64,000 nt of DNA from Octopus vulgaris (GCA_951406725.2 OX597817.1:133052001-133116000); one strand, 5' to 3'. Shown: positions 1-13,988, counted from the stretch's first letter. Translations and numbers: made by a program. Notes: generated from the letters alone by a model not told the origin.

Positions 1-72
1 CGCTCAGATAATACCACGTCTCGCCTTCCATTACGAAGCCCCTCCTTTGCCTCTCTGTCTCCCTTTCACTTA

Positions 73-106
<34 letters not shown>

Positions 107-116
107 GACACACACG

Positions 117-157
<41 letters not shown>

Positions 158-864
158 ACACATATACACGCACGCACACAGCAACACAAACGTACACAGA
201 AATATCCATACATGCTATATTCACTCTACCATTATTATTTACTACATCTCTCCCTTTCTTTCTCTATTTTTCTGTGTGTAAATATGTTTGTATGTATGCA
301 TGTATGTTTGTATGAATGCATGCATGCATGTATGTATGTATGTATGTATGTATGTATGTATGTATGTATGTATGTATGTATGTATGTATGCATGTTTGTA
401 TGTATGCATGTATGTTTGTATGAATGCATGTATGTATGTATGTATGTACGTATGTATGTATGTATGTATGTATGTATGTATGTATGTATGTATGTATGTA
501 TGTATGCATGTTTGTATGTATGCATGTATGTTTGTATGAATGCATGTATGTATGTATGTATGTACGTATGTATGTATGTATGTATGTATGTATGTATGCA
601 TGCATGCATGCATGCATGTATGTATGTATGTATGTATGTATGTATGTATGTATGTATGTATGTATGTATGTGTATATGTATGTATATATAATATATATAT
701 AGCTTGAGACTTAAGCGATTAGAAGAGATTTCTAACAGTAGACAATATACAAAACTCCTTCCATATCGAAGTGAAAATGAATTCCACACAGCTCATAGTT
801 TATCAATTAAAGCTAGTAAAGAAGGCGAAAAAAAAATCCAAAATGTTAGGAGTGGACCAAGTAA

Positions 865-957
865 AACAGAGGCTACAATTGTTTCATAGCAACTGGAACT
901 TAATTACGTCAGTTGGAACGAACATAAAGTGGCTTAGCTAATCTTCAGGTCTTTGTT
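865..957 (-). ncRNA. Type I hammerhead ribozyme motif with long stem II
   Basis: Minus strand reads aacaaagac CTGAAGA tTAGC...GCTAt GAA ACAATTGT A gcctctgtt. Palindromic stem III, GUA site, stem I 7/9 pairs. Confidence 0.65.
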
Positions 958-1039
958 ACTTCGACGTAGTTTACATTGCCGCAGGTGATGAGCAAATTCG
1001 TTCATCTCCTGCAGCAACGTAGACCGAATTACAAACATA

Positions 1040-1199
1040 GGCGCTGGAGTGGTTGTGAGGTAAGAAGCTTGCTTCTCAACCACACGGTTCCGAGTTCAGT
1101 CCCACACTGCCTGGCAATTTGGGTGTCTTCTACCATAGCCTCTGGTCGATCATAGCCTTGTGAGTGGATTTGGTAGACGGAAACTGAAAGAAGCCTGTC

Positions 1200-1257
<58 letters not shown>

Positions 1258-1450
1258 CATAGGTATATATGCATGTGTGTATGTCTGCATTTGTGTGTCT
1301 GTGTTTGTTCATCCCTCTATGGCTTGACAACTGATGTTGGTGTGTTTACGTCCCCATGACTTAGCAGTTCGGCAATAGAGATCGATAGAATAAGTACTGG
1401 GCTTACAAAGAATGTCCTAGATCGATTTGTTCAACTAAAGGCGGTGCTCC
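1040..1450 (+). mobile_element. tRNA-derived SINE family A with internal (TA)n
   Basis: Head with A/B-box-like motifs (tggttgtgagg ... gagttcagtccc); body gtggatttggtagacggaaactgaaagaagc; tail aataagtact...gtcgatttg.tcgactaaaggcggtgctcc, repeated many times in the window. Confidence 0.85.
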
Positions 1451-2836
1451 GTATGTATGTATGTATGTATATATGCATGTATGTATGTACGTACGTATGT
1501 ATGTATGTATGCATGTACGTATGCATGCATGCATGCATGTATGTATGTATGTATGCATGCATGTATTTATGTATGTATGTATGTATGTATGGATGGATGG
1601 ATGGATGGATGAATGCATGCATGCATGGATGGATGCATGGATCGATGTATGCATGCATGCATGTATGTATGCATGCATGTATGTATGCATGCACGTATGT
1701 ATGTATGTATTGTATGTATGTATGTATGTATGTATCTATGTATGTATGGATGGATGGATGGACGGTTGCATGCATGCATGCATGCATGTATGTATGCATG
1801 CACGTATGTATACATGCATGTATGTATGTATGCATGTATGTATGTATGCATGTATGTATGTATGCATGTATGTATGTATGTATGTATTATGCATGTATGT
1901 ATGGCTGGATGGATGAATGTATGCATGCACTCATGCATGTATGTATGCATGTATGTATGTATGTATGTGTGTGTGTATGTATGTATGTATGTATGTATGT
2001 ATGTATGTATGTATGTACGTATGTATGTATGCATGTACGTAAGGCTCCTGAAAGAGTAGAGAGGAGGAATATCTCCAATGCAGTGCGCTACCCGACCGTC
2101 TGCTTTTACTTCCTGTAATCAACTGCAAATATTACAAAACTCTTAATACGACATTCGTTTACACGCAATCGCGTTAAAAACGATGTGGTACCGAAACAAT
2201 TGCATCCAGTTGTAAATATGCGCCATGCTCCTCCTCTTAGTTGTATCTCACACACACACACACACACACACACACATTTATATGCTATAGAATATAATTT
2301 ACTTTATCACTTATGGCTGTCCATTGCATCGAACCTGTCAATTTTTTTTCTTTTGGTTACCGATTGCTAAGTTAGTAACCTTGACGCGTTAATTATCTTC
2401 ATAGAATAAATGGCTTCTTTTAAAAGTAAAGTCAATGGAGCCGAAACCATTAGCAGAATTAGGAAGAAATTCGACCAGACCTTTGAAGAGTTCATCGTTT
2501 TGAGTTAATCAGTTTATTAATGTATGAAGTTTAAGTAAAAATGTCTTGTCATACTGTTTAATGACCGCTCTCCCCGTAGTTGTAGCGATAGAAATAAATA
2601 TTAATGAGAACGTACATAAATAGAAAGTTTTACTGAACCCTGGGAAATTTAATTAACTGCCTTAATGTTAGATGTGAAAGGAGCAGGTCTAATGGGGAAG
2701 CCTCGAGCAAGTTCGGGTATGTACAGATACATAGTCATATACACACGTACACACACACGCACACACACACACACACACACACATGGGCGTATTTATATAT
2801 ATATGTGCATATATGTATATATAATATTCATATATA

Positions 2837-2870
<34 letters not shown>

Positions 2871-3107
2871 TTATTTATATATGTATATATGTATACATAT
2901 GCAATACATACATATATATACATATATATATGTGTGTGTGTGTATGTATGTATATATATAAATGAAGATTGCATATGAATATGCGAATATATATGTACAT
3001 ATATGTTATATATATTATGAATATTGGGTTTATATGAATATATATATACAGGCATATATATAGTTTATTTGAATATCACACACACACATCTATATATATA
3101 TAAGCAG

Positions 3108-3164
<57 letters not shown>

Positions 3165-3368
3165 TGTGTGAATGCATGCGTGTATGTCTGCGTGTGTGTT
3201 TCTGTGTTTGCGGATCTGTGTGTCCGCGTATGCATGTAGGGTCTCTGTCACTGGATTGCCATTATCATGGAATAAATCATTCGAAGCTTCTAATCGATCA
3301 TACATCGACGTCGTAAATTATTTAAGTCTGTATTACATTTTGCCAATTTTTTAAAGCATGTGTGTATT

Positions 3369-3503
<135 letters not shown>

Positions 3504-3761
3504 CGTTGCTATTATGTTACACTGTCGCATGTCCAAATTTGGCCAAATGCGTTTTTTTTTCCATATTTATTTTTGCTTGCAATAGCCGTTTTTTTTTATG
3601 AAACTATCGTACCTCCAGCTGCTTCAGCTGCCAAGATATCAAAAACTGTTGAAATATAGTACAACGGTTTTGCCAAGGAATGGTGAAACTATTTTTTCGT
3701 TCCCTGAAATAGCAACATTTTGGACTTCCGAAACTTGCATAATAGCAACGATGTGTGTGTA

Positions 3762-3825
<64 letters not shown>

Positions 3826-3875
3826 TGAAAAAACAAGTCAAGATAGAAAATGCTAAAATAAATTTATAAAGAACA

Positions 3876-3918
3876 TTTCAGTACCAGTTTCAATCATTTG
3901 AGACCTTTTCAACTGTAA
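3876..3918 (-). ncRNA. Minimal hammerhead motif, U3-A8 variant
   Basis: Minus strand reads CAG TTGAAAA GGTC tcaaat GATT GAA ACTGGT A CTG. It lies in a ~180-bp insert (3827-4010) between two (TA)n tracts. Confidence 0.55.
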
Positions 3919-4008
3919 CGATTAAATAATTAAGTTTAGAAAAATTAAAAGAAAAGTTTTTTAAAAAGAATATTTGTATAGTGTTCAGATATAAGTGGCA
4001 TTTTCCTA

Positions 4009-4077
<69 letters not shown>

Positions 4078-4097
4078 GTATATATGTATATATATAT

Positions 4098-4310
4098 AAA
4101 GTTAATCCAAACAAGAAAGCACAAAAATACACAACAACGCGAGGACGTGGAACAAATATAGTATTATGGAACGCTCAGGAAAGAAGGAAAGAAGGAGGGT
4201 TTAACGTTTCGAGCGGAGCTCTTCGTCGGAAACATAGGAGAAGGAAAGATCCAGAGAAGGGAAGACAGAGGAATAGAAATCGCCAACGGTACACACGAGG
4301 TCATATCGAA
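4098..4310 (-). mobile_element. PLE pseudo-LTR-like repeat carrying a minimal hammerhead (4199-4233)
   Basis: Homologous to 34890-35100 and 35448-35590. Minus strand reads GTTT CCGACGA a GAGC tcc GCTC GAA ACGT T AAAC; the 3' end abuts (TA)n. Confidence 0.7.
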
Positions 4311-4939
4311 TAAAATTAAAATATTCATTTAACAATAAATAAGAGAACGATAATATTTCTAAGAAAAAATATCGTTTAAAAAAAAGACTGGGGCCGATTC
4401 ATTCAATGAGGGAAACAAGTAAAATAATTGTTGCTTTATAGCGGAGAGGAAATGGTTACTCTAGAGTGGGATGCATGGCTGTCTCTCTGTGGGGTGGGGC
4501 TTCATGGTGATTAGCCAGTGAAATAAAATGGCGTCGATTGGCAGTGTAATCCAAATTACAATCGTGCTTCGCCTGAAGCTGAATCTCAATGTATGGGAGA
4601 CCAGAAAACTCATCTCGAATATGCAACATTTGTTGTGTTTCATATTTTAATGACGTCGACTGCCAAAATAAACAAACGACTTGGAAATTAATAATTATTT
4701 TCTCAAATCGCCTTCGTCTCGCCGTGGTCCGGCTTCGTGGCGTTCAGTAATGAATGAATAAGATTCGAGTTGGCGCAATGCCTGTCGGGAAGTGACTATA
4801 GACCCAGGACAGTACCATTAAAATAGAGGTCAAAAGGTGTGGGGACAAATCCGATAAAATCCCTACAAATGTTGAAGCTGGATTTGTTGTGGGATTTAAA
4901 TAAGGGCGAAGGAGATAGATTGAATTTAGAAAATGAACA

Positions 4940-5205
4940 GCTTCTTCTTCTTCTTCTTCTTCTTCTTCTTCTTCTTCTTCTTCTTCTTCTTCTTCTTCTT
5001 CTTCTTCTTCTTCTTCTTCTTCTTCAACTGCTGCAACTACTACTACTACTACTACTACTACTATTACTACTACAACTGCTTTTCTTTATTATTCTCTTGT
5101 TGTTGTAGTTGTTGTTTGTGGTGGTGGTGGTGGTTAATATTATAATCATCCTCATCTTCATCCCCTTTCTCATCTCCATCTTTCTCCTCCTCCTCCTCCT
5201 CCTCG

Positions 5206-5237
<32 letters not shown>

Positions 5238-5280
5238 GTCATCAACATCATCATCGTCATCATCATCATTATTTTTATTA
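4940..5280. repeat. Compound trinucleotide microsatellite (CTT/CTA/GTT/GGT/CCT/CAT); representative of very abundant SSRs
   Basis: Read directly; (TA)n, (CA)n, (ATGT)n, (TAGA)n, (AAT)n and (GAA)n tracts occur throughout the window. Confidence 0.95.
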
Positions 5281-5840
5281 TGAAGTGACATGTTTCATAA
5301 TAAAATAAAGAACTAGAGGGAGAGACAAAAAAAAACAGGCAGAGAGATAGAGAGACAAAGGGGGACAGAGAGAGAGAGAGAGAGAGAGAGGAGACAGACA
5401 GACAGACAGACTGACAGACAGACAGACAGAGAAGAAGGACAATACAGACATTGTCAAAAGAATCGAAACGTATGGCGCATCAAGACAAGTGAGCGACGGA
5501 GACATATTTCTAAAGAGTCGTATATAATTTTTAAATAGGGAAGAGATTTGGATGGAATTAACATGACAGAAGGAAGAAGGGGCTGAATAGAGGTGCAATG
5601 ATAAATAAGGGTGCAGACTGGACAAAAGAAAACGAAAACAAAACAAAAAATAAGATAAATTAGAAACATTTCAATAAAAATTAAATAAGGATAACGGGAG
5701 GCAAGAACTGTGAGGGGGGGGGGGGGCGGAAATGATGAGAAAGAGTTAAAACAAGGATGAACTTAGGAAGGAGAAACAATAGTTTCATAAAGTGTATGGA
5801 AACACATACAGACACAATTATACATAAACATACATATATG

Positions 5841-5884
<44 letters not shown>

Positions 5885-5885
<1 letters not shown>

Positions 5886-6288
5886 TCTGTTATTCCTTTA
5901 GTCATTTTACTGTGGCCATGCTGGTGCAACACCTTTTAGTCGAGCAAATCGACCCCAGGACTTATTCTTTGTAAGTCTAGTACTTATTTTATCGGTATCT
6001 TTTGCCGAGTTGCTAAGTTACGCGGACGTAAACACACCAGCATCGGTTGTCAAACGATGTTGGGAGGGGGGACAAACACAGACGCACAAACACACACATA
6101 TATATTACATATATATATATATATACGACGAGATTCTTTCAGTTTCCGTCTACCAAATCCACTCACAAGTCTTCGGTCGGTTCGAGGCTATAGTAGAAAA
6201 CACTTACACAAAGGTGCCACGCAGTGGGATTGAACCCGGAACCATGTGGTTGGTAAGCAAGCTACTCACCACACAACAACTCCTGCCT
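5885..6288 (-). mobile_element. SINE family A
   Basis: Reverse complement of the 1040-1450 family, full head and tail. A further tail half lies at ~6400-6600. Confidence 0.85.
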
Positions 6289-6640
6289 CCCTCTCTCTCT
6301 CTCTCTCTCTCTCTAAATATATATATATATACGTGTGTGTGTGTCTATATATATATATAAAGGAGAGTGAGAGAGAGTATTCAATTATTCTTTCATTTTT
6401 ATTTTTCAGTCCTTTGACTGTGGCACCACCTTAAAGTGACTTTTAGTCGAACAAATCGACACCAGGATATATTTTGAAAATCTTGTACTAATTTGATCGG
6501 TTCTTTTGCCGAACTGCTGAGTTAAGAAGACGCAAACACACCAACACCGATTGTCCACGGGTGATGGCGTGGGGAGGGCAAATGCAGACACACACAAAGC
6601 CACACACACATAGATATGCATACATGCATATGTACATACA

Positions 6641-7205
6641 TATTGGGTCTTCCCATAAATAATGCGTTTTTGTTTTCAATTGCATGAACTAAAATTCGGT
6701 GGGGAACGGAATAGACTACCTGCATCAATTTTCTATAAAAGCAGGTAGTAATTTTACCTTGTACTTATTCTTAGTGCAAGTTTTCAAGAGTGCAGTTCGA
6801 TTTTAACAGTTATTTTTTCAAAGCATTAATGGCACTGACAAAGGAGTACATTCGGCATATTTTGTTTCATGAGTTCAATAAAGGCAACAATGCAACGGAA
6901 AGTGCGAGGAATATTAATGCAGTATGTGGGGATCGGACAACAAGTATTATCCAGTGTCAACGGTGGTTCCAGAAACTTGGAGCCGGAAGCTATATAGCCT
7001 AGAAGACGAGCCTCATCCTAGATCTGTAGAACTCAATGAAGACGTCCTGCAAACACTAATGGAACAGAATCCCATTGTAACTATTGAGGTACTAGCAGAG
7101 AAGCTTGGATTTGGTCATTCAACCATTCATCGACACCTGCGTTTCATCGGAAAAGCCAGCAAATTGGGTCAGTGGGTTCCTCACAAACCTTCTGAGTCTA
7201 ATCGT
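6641..7205 (+). mobile_element. Mariner transposon 5' relic (left TIR + frameshifted transposase N-terminus)
   Basis: TA+ttgggtcttcccataaataatgcg end; ATG 6829 MALTKEYIRHILFHEFNKG...QRWF, a frameshift, then LEDEP...HSTIHRHL..IGK..KLGQWVPH (mariner WVPHEL motif). Confidence 0.88.
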
Positions 7206-7592
7206 TGCTTTTGTTTGTTTCCACATCTCACGAATCTACACGAGCATACTTAGAGAGAATAGTGCCATTCGCTCAAACCATTTTTACCACAGTCACCTAT
7301 CTTTCCATAAATTCTGTGGGAGGTAATACTTATCGCTCTACTCTCACTTTCCTTTCCAAGTGGAACTTAAACATGTCTACGAGAGCTTGACCGATAAGTA
7401 AGATTTGGTGTGTTCGTTCAGATTCTTGAACAATAGCGTCGGAATGTTTATCTCTTTCACAAGTATGTGTGTGTGTGTGTGTGTGTGTGTTTTATCTGTC
7501 TATTTGTCTGTCTGTCTATCTGTCGATCTTCAGACAATTATACAGACAGAAAGATAGAGACAGAGAGTTAGGCAGGCAGACAGACAGACAAG

Positions 7593-7643
<51 letters not shown>

Positions 7644-7661
7644 GTAGGTAGGTAGGTAGGT

Positions 7662-7758
<97 letters not shown>

Positions 7759-8086
7759 GAGGTTTACACATGATGGTAGAGAGCGGGAAAATATTTGTTA
7801 TTTATGGCCAATTTAAACTTGAAATATCTGAATTAGATCTAAGTTTGAGTGAAGACGTTAGTCATAAATACTGAGCAGAGGATAGACACAATTTAAAAAG
7901 TGTCAATTTCGATTCTGAGAAAGATGATGAAGAAAATAAGGATGACCGAGATGGGAGATATAAAGAGAGAGAGAGAGATAGGGGCGAGAGAAGGGAGATA
8001 ATCATGGATATGCTGCGAAATTTAACATATTTTCGTCTACGCGTGTTAGAATAAATGTAGAGTATGAAATCTATGGACCAGCTTGT

Positions 8087-8117
<31 letters not shown>

Positions 8118-8135
8118 GTATATCTGTATGTATGC

Positions 8136-8166
<31 letters not shown>

Positions 8167-8189
8167 TGTATGTATGTATGTATGTGTAT

Positions 8190-8400
8190 ATGTTTGTGTG
8201 TCTGTGTTTGTCCCCCCAACATCGCTTGATAACCGATGGTGGTGTGTTTACGTCCCCGTAACTTAGCGGGTCGGCAAAAGAGACCCAATTGAATAAGTAC
8301 TAGGCTTACAAACAATAAGTCCTGGGGTCGATTTGCTCGACTAAAGGCGGTGCTCCAGCATGCCCGCAGTCAAATGACTGAAACAAGTAAAAACAAGAGA
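8190..8400 (+). mobile_element. SINE family A, 3' half
   Basis: gtttgtccccc...gtttacgtccccgtaacttagcg...gtcgatttgctcgactaaaggcggtgctccagcatg. Confidence 0.8.
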
Positions 8401-8512
8401 GTATATTGTGAAGTATACTTAAGAACATACTTCATAAGAAAATTTAACTTTATGCATATGTATGTGTATGTAAGTATGTGTATGTCCACGTGTGGGTCGG
8501 TTTCGTTTAGAC

Positions 8513-8782
8513 CAGTGCTTCTCAACCGTGTTCCATGTGACACCGAGGTTCCATATAACATTTTTAGGGGTTCATGCAGCAAAATAATGAATTGGGTCCG
8601 CAGTTGTATTTTAAGGGTAAACGAAAAAAAAATATTGCTTATGTATTTGTATGTATTGCAAGGGAAAAGCGAGATTTCTTTCTCTAACATCTTACAGAAT
8701 TCAATCTATGGGGGTCCACCAGAATCAAATAGTAATCAAAGGGGTCCATAGATAATAAAAAAAAAAGGGTTGAGAATCCCTG
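8513..8782. mobile_element. hAT-like MITE
   Basis: Imperfect TIRs cagtgcttctcaacc / ggttgagaatccctg; no clear TSD. Confidence 0.6.
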
Positions 8783-9364
8783 CTTCACCATGCTCACTAC
8801 AGTGGTTCATCTCTGCTTTCCATCTGCCCAACCAACCAGCCAACCAACCATCACGCTATCTATCCCGTCAGTCAGTCATTCATTCGTAAATTTATTCATT
8901 CATACACACATAGCAACCCCCCCCCCAGCATACCCCACCACCCTTTTATTGTTGTTGTTATTATTGTTATTTCTATATCATTCTGTGTGATGGTGGCGAC
9001 GGCGTTGTTTTCTGTGTTGGGAGTCGATCAGATAGAGCGAGGAGTTGCCATATGTCACTGAAATAAGCCGTGAGCAAATGGCGGCGGTTAACTGGAACAA
9101 GACCAGCGTGACAGCTTTACTGTGACAATAACTTCATGTGTAGAGGTGTGTGTGTGTGTGTTAATGTCTTTGTGTGTGTATTTTATAGTGTGTGTGTGTG
9201 TGTGTGTGTGCGTGCGTATGTGTCTCTGCATGAATTAGTGGTCGTCTCGGACTTTCAATATTCGTGTACGTGTATGGAGTTTTGTTTAACAGGGTATATA
9301 CGTTTGTGTGTGTAGGTGTACGTGTATGATTATTTCTGCGAGTGTGAGTATCTGTGCTAATGTG

Positions 9365-9401
<37 letters not shown>

Positions 9402-9632
9402 ATGTGCGCGCGCGCATGTGCGTGTGTGTGCGTGTGTGCGTATGTGCGTGTGTGTGTGTGTGTGCGTGTGTGTGTGAGAGTACGTCTTTCCATGTGTTAT
9501 TGGGCGACAGGAGGTGTCAATGCCTGTGTGTGTATGTATGTGTGTATGTGTGTGCGTGCATTTGTTGAAGTATGAAAGAGGAGTGAGTATGTGTGCCTAC
9601 GTGTGCGTATGTATAGATGCATAAATGTGTGT

Positions 9633-9669
<37 letters not shown>

Positions 9670-9894
9670 CCTTTGTGAATATTCATGATGTCAATGAATG
9701 CATGTGTGTGTTGTGTTAGTACGAGTTAGCACTCGGGACGGCAGTCATTGAGTGAGTGTAAGCTTATACGTATGGTAAACGTTTAGCTGGTTGTACTTCT
9801 GTGAATGCGCGCGCGTGTGTCTATGTGCGTGTGTCTATGCATGTGTGCGTGTGTATGTATGTAAGTGTGTGCTTCTGTGTGTATTGCATGTGTG

Positions 9895-10235
9895 CAGTGA
9901 CGGACTGACCTGGTTACGAGCTTGCCCGATGGCAAGTGGGCCCCTGCGCCATTAGAATCCATATATGGGGGCCCATGCTAGTATCTAAGGGGCCCATCCC
10001 TTCAAGATTGAGAATGTCTTAATCACTCCTGGAAGTATGCATTAATTATTTCAGCTTGGCTGTGTTTGTAGACAGTTAAAAAGAATATTTTAAAAGAAAA
10101 AGGAAAAATTAAATGATAGTATTGTAGTTGCTGGGGTAGGGGGCACCTTGTAGTTGCGGGTGGGCTCCCTTGTAGTTGCAGGTGGGCCCCTTTAGTCACC
10201 TGGCAACCAATATTTTTAGACTCAGTCTGCCACCG
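9895..10235. mobile_element. hAT-type MITE with 8-bp TSD
   Basis: TIRs cagtgacggactga / tcagtctgccaccg; CATGTGTG duplicated at 9887-94 and 10236-43; internal gggccc motifs. Confidence 0.8.
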
Positions 10236-10424
10236 CATGTGTGTATACGAACTTCTACACAGACACACATACACATATATGTGTATGTGTGAGTGTGTGA
10301 TTAGGACGATGGCTTAATTGACCGAAGCTTCGAAGTCACTGTCAACAATAGTCTTGTTTAAAATTAATAAATTTCTACTCTACTAAAGTATAGAGTGGTC
10401 CATCAGATTAAAGTGAAATTGTTT

Positions 10425-10740
10425 TGGCACCTTGGGCAAGTGCCTCCTACTATAGCCTTGGGCCGACCAAAGCCTTGTGAGTGGATTTGCTTGACGGAAA
10501 CTGAAAGAAGCCCATCGTATATGAATATATATGTTTGTGCGTCTGTTTGTCCCCACCCCCACCATCACCTGACAATCGATGTTGGTGTGTTTAACGTCCC
10601 CGTAACTTAGCGGTTCAGCAAAAGAGTCCGATAGAATAAGTACTAGGCTTACAAAGAATAAGTCCTGGGGTCGATTTGCTCGGCCAAACTCAGTGCTCCA
10701 GCATGGCCGCAGTCAAATGACTGAAACAAATAGAAAAAAA
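10425..10740 (+). mobile_element. SINE family A (5' truncated)
   Basis: Same body and tail as the other copies. Confidence 0.8.
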
Positions 10741-11634
10741 GAATGTAAATATTTATGAGTGTGTGTGTGTGTGTACGAACATCCGTGTATGCATGTATAT
10801 GTGTTTATACTTACGTGTATATATGTATATATGTGCACGTGTGTGTATGTATGTGTGTATGCGTCTGAGAATGTGAAGGAAAATGGGGAAATGATAGGTA
10901 CGAAGTGAGCCGCTGAGAAGGCGGGTATGTCAAGAGGTGGGTGGATTGGAGGGCATGAAGAATTGTGGGTATGTGTGTAGGTGTAGGGTGGTTGTATATT
11001 TGGGTGTGAAGATGGATGGGTAGGGTGTTGAATACGTGTGTGAGTGTGTATATAGTTTTGTGGGTGGTTATTTGGGTGCAGAGGTGAGTGGGTAAATGGG
11101 TAGGGAAGGAATGCAGACGATAGAGAAATAGGGGTAGTTGTCGGGTGGGAAGGTGTCGATGGGAGATGGTGGGAGTAAGGATGTAGAAGCAGGGTGTGGG
11201 AGGGTACCAGTAGTGCGTAGGGGATAAGATTGTGGGTGGTGGGGCTCGACTAAGATGAAGCCAATTTGATGAATGATAATGAAGAAGGTGAAGAAAGATA
11301 AAGAGGAGTAGAAGAGAAATTGAATGAAAGAGAGAAGGAAAATGAATTGAAGATAGAAACGAGATGAAGAAAAATAAAAGATAGAAAGAGAGGGAAAGGG
11401 AGAAGGCAGAGGGGAGTGAAAATTAAGAAGAAGGGAGAGTGGGACAAACGGAGACGGTGAACGAATAGAGAAAGAAGAAGAAAGAAATTGGAAGGAAGAG
11501 AGGTGGAGGAGGAGGAGGAAGAAGATGAAGAATGAGAAGAAGAAGAAGAAGAAGAAGAAGAAGAAGAAGAAGAAGAAGACGACGACGACGACGAAGAAGA
11601 AGAAGAAGAAGAAGAAGAAGAAGAAGAAGAAGAA

Positions 11635-11672
<38 letters not shown>

Positions 11673-12069
11673 AGAAGAAGAAGAAGAAGAAGAAGAAGAA
11701 GAAGAAGAAGAAGAAGAAGAAGAAGAAGATGAAGAAGGTGATGATTTCTTTTAGCAGTCGCATGGCCTCAATAATAATAATATAATAACAATGAAACTAA
11801 AATGGATACGGAAGAAATTGAGAAATTTGAGAAATATGAGGAGCAACGAGATGAAGAGAGTTTGGAAGATTCATGCATCATTTATTATTGCAGCAAATGA
11901 AATGGAACATGAAGAGTCAACCTGAGAGTCAGCTGAAAGATATTGGAGTCGTGACTCACATTGTCGACCTGCAAGAGAGGGCAATTCTGAATTCTACGAG
12001 AATCCTAAGAAAAATTATCGACATTTGAGAAGACCTGTTGTCACCAAACATTATCATCATCGTAAGAAG

Positions 12070-12103
<34 letters not shown>

Positions 12104-12189
12104 GGCAACATCATCAGCTTTATCTACATCATCTGGATCATCAACATCGTCGTCATCTTCACGTAATGAAAGGAATACACACATATACA

Positions 12190-12233
<44 letters not shown>

Positions 12234-12360
12234 GATAGATAGGATTCAGATAGGATTCAATATTCCAGTATATTTGTGAGTTGAACACAATGGAAAATAT
12301 TTTTTGCAAAGTAATAATTCCAAAACAGGAGATAAAATTTTCCCATCTATTTTTACACAG

Positions 12361-12482
<122 letters not shown>

Positions 12483-12559
12483 ATCTGTCTATCTATCTAT
12501 ACATCTATCTCTCTATCTACACATCTATCTATCTGTCTGTCTATCTATCCCACTGCATA

Positions 12560-12862
12560 GCATCTTGAGCAAGAGTCTTCTATTACAGCTTCGGGCCAAC
12601 CAAAGCCTTGTGGGTGGATTTGGTAGACGGAAACTGAAAGAATATATATCACTGTGTGTGTGTGTGTTTATGTGACTGTCTTCCCACCATCGTTTAACAA
12701 CTGATGTTGGTGTGTTTACATCGCCGTAACTTAGCGGTTCGGCCAAAGAGATCGCTAAAATAAGTATTAGGCTTACAATGAACAAGTTCTGTGGTCGATT
12801 TGTTCGAGTAAAGGCGGTACTCCAGCATGGCCACAGTCAATTGATTGAAACAAGTAAAAGAA
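12560..12862 (+). mobile_element. SINE family A (5' truncated)
   Basis: Same body and tail as the other copies. Confidence 0.8.
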
Positions 12863-13601
12863 TAAATGAAAATATACATACATGCACTCACACACACACA
12901 CGCACATGCACACACACGAGCACGCACATGCACACACGCAAGCACACGCACGCACACATGCACACACGCACATATGCACACACGCACACACACACACACA
13001 CACACACATACACACGCATATATTATAGAGACATTTGTTTCTCAGTCGTTAATTCGTTTGCGATAATAAAACCGTGAAGAGAAGAACAGAAGTTTCTAGC
13101 CAGAGCTGACAAGAAGCTGTAACCCACCCTAACCCCAGTACCAACCCCTAACCCCACCGCCAAACACTAGCCCCAGACCTAGTTCGGTATCTTACTTTAG
13201 CCCCTAACCAACCCCTACGCCCGACCGTGGTTACGTGTATCATTGTTATATTTATCATTCATTATCTTCTAACACAGCGAGTGGTGACGTATGTGGGATG
13301 TAGGGAGAGTAAAGGCCTTCCTTGCTCTCCTTATAATTGTTGTTGTTATTGTAATTGATGTGTTACGTCCCTATTGTTCTTTTTACTTTACACCCCTTCT
13401 TTATTTTCTCTGTCTGTCTGTCAATCTCTGTCTATCTCTGTCTCTCTCTTATGTGTGTCTGTTTATTGTTCGCCAATTTTAATGCCTCAAAGATAGCCGT
13501 GACGCACAAATACAAACACATGCGCGTAAAAATAAATACACGTACATACATACATAAGTGCGCATGTGTGTACGTGCATATATACATACACACACACACA
13601 C

Positions 13602-13657
<56 letters not shown>

Positions 13658-13885
13658 ATGCACATATGCACACGAACATGCACTCGGGTAGATATACATA
13701 CATATATCTATATATATCTATCTATATATATACATGTATATATTATTTATATATAGAATACACATAAAGACATACACATATGCATCGCCAACATGTATGT
13801 ATAGATATATGCTTGTATATATATATATGTATATATATGTGTATATATATATATATGCTTGTATATATATATATGTATATATATG

Positions 13886-13988
<103 letters not shown>

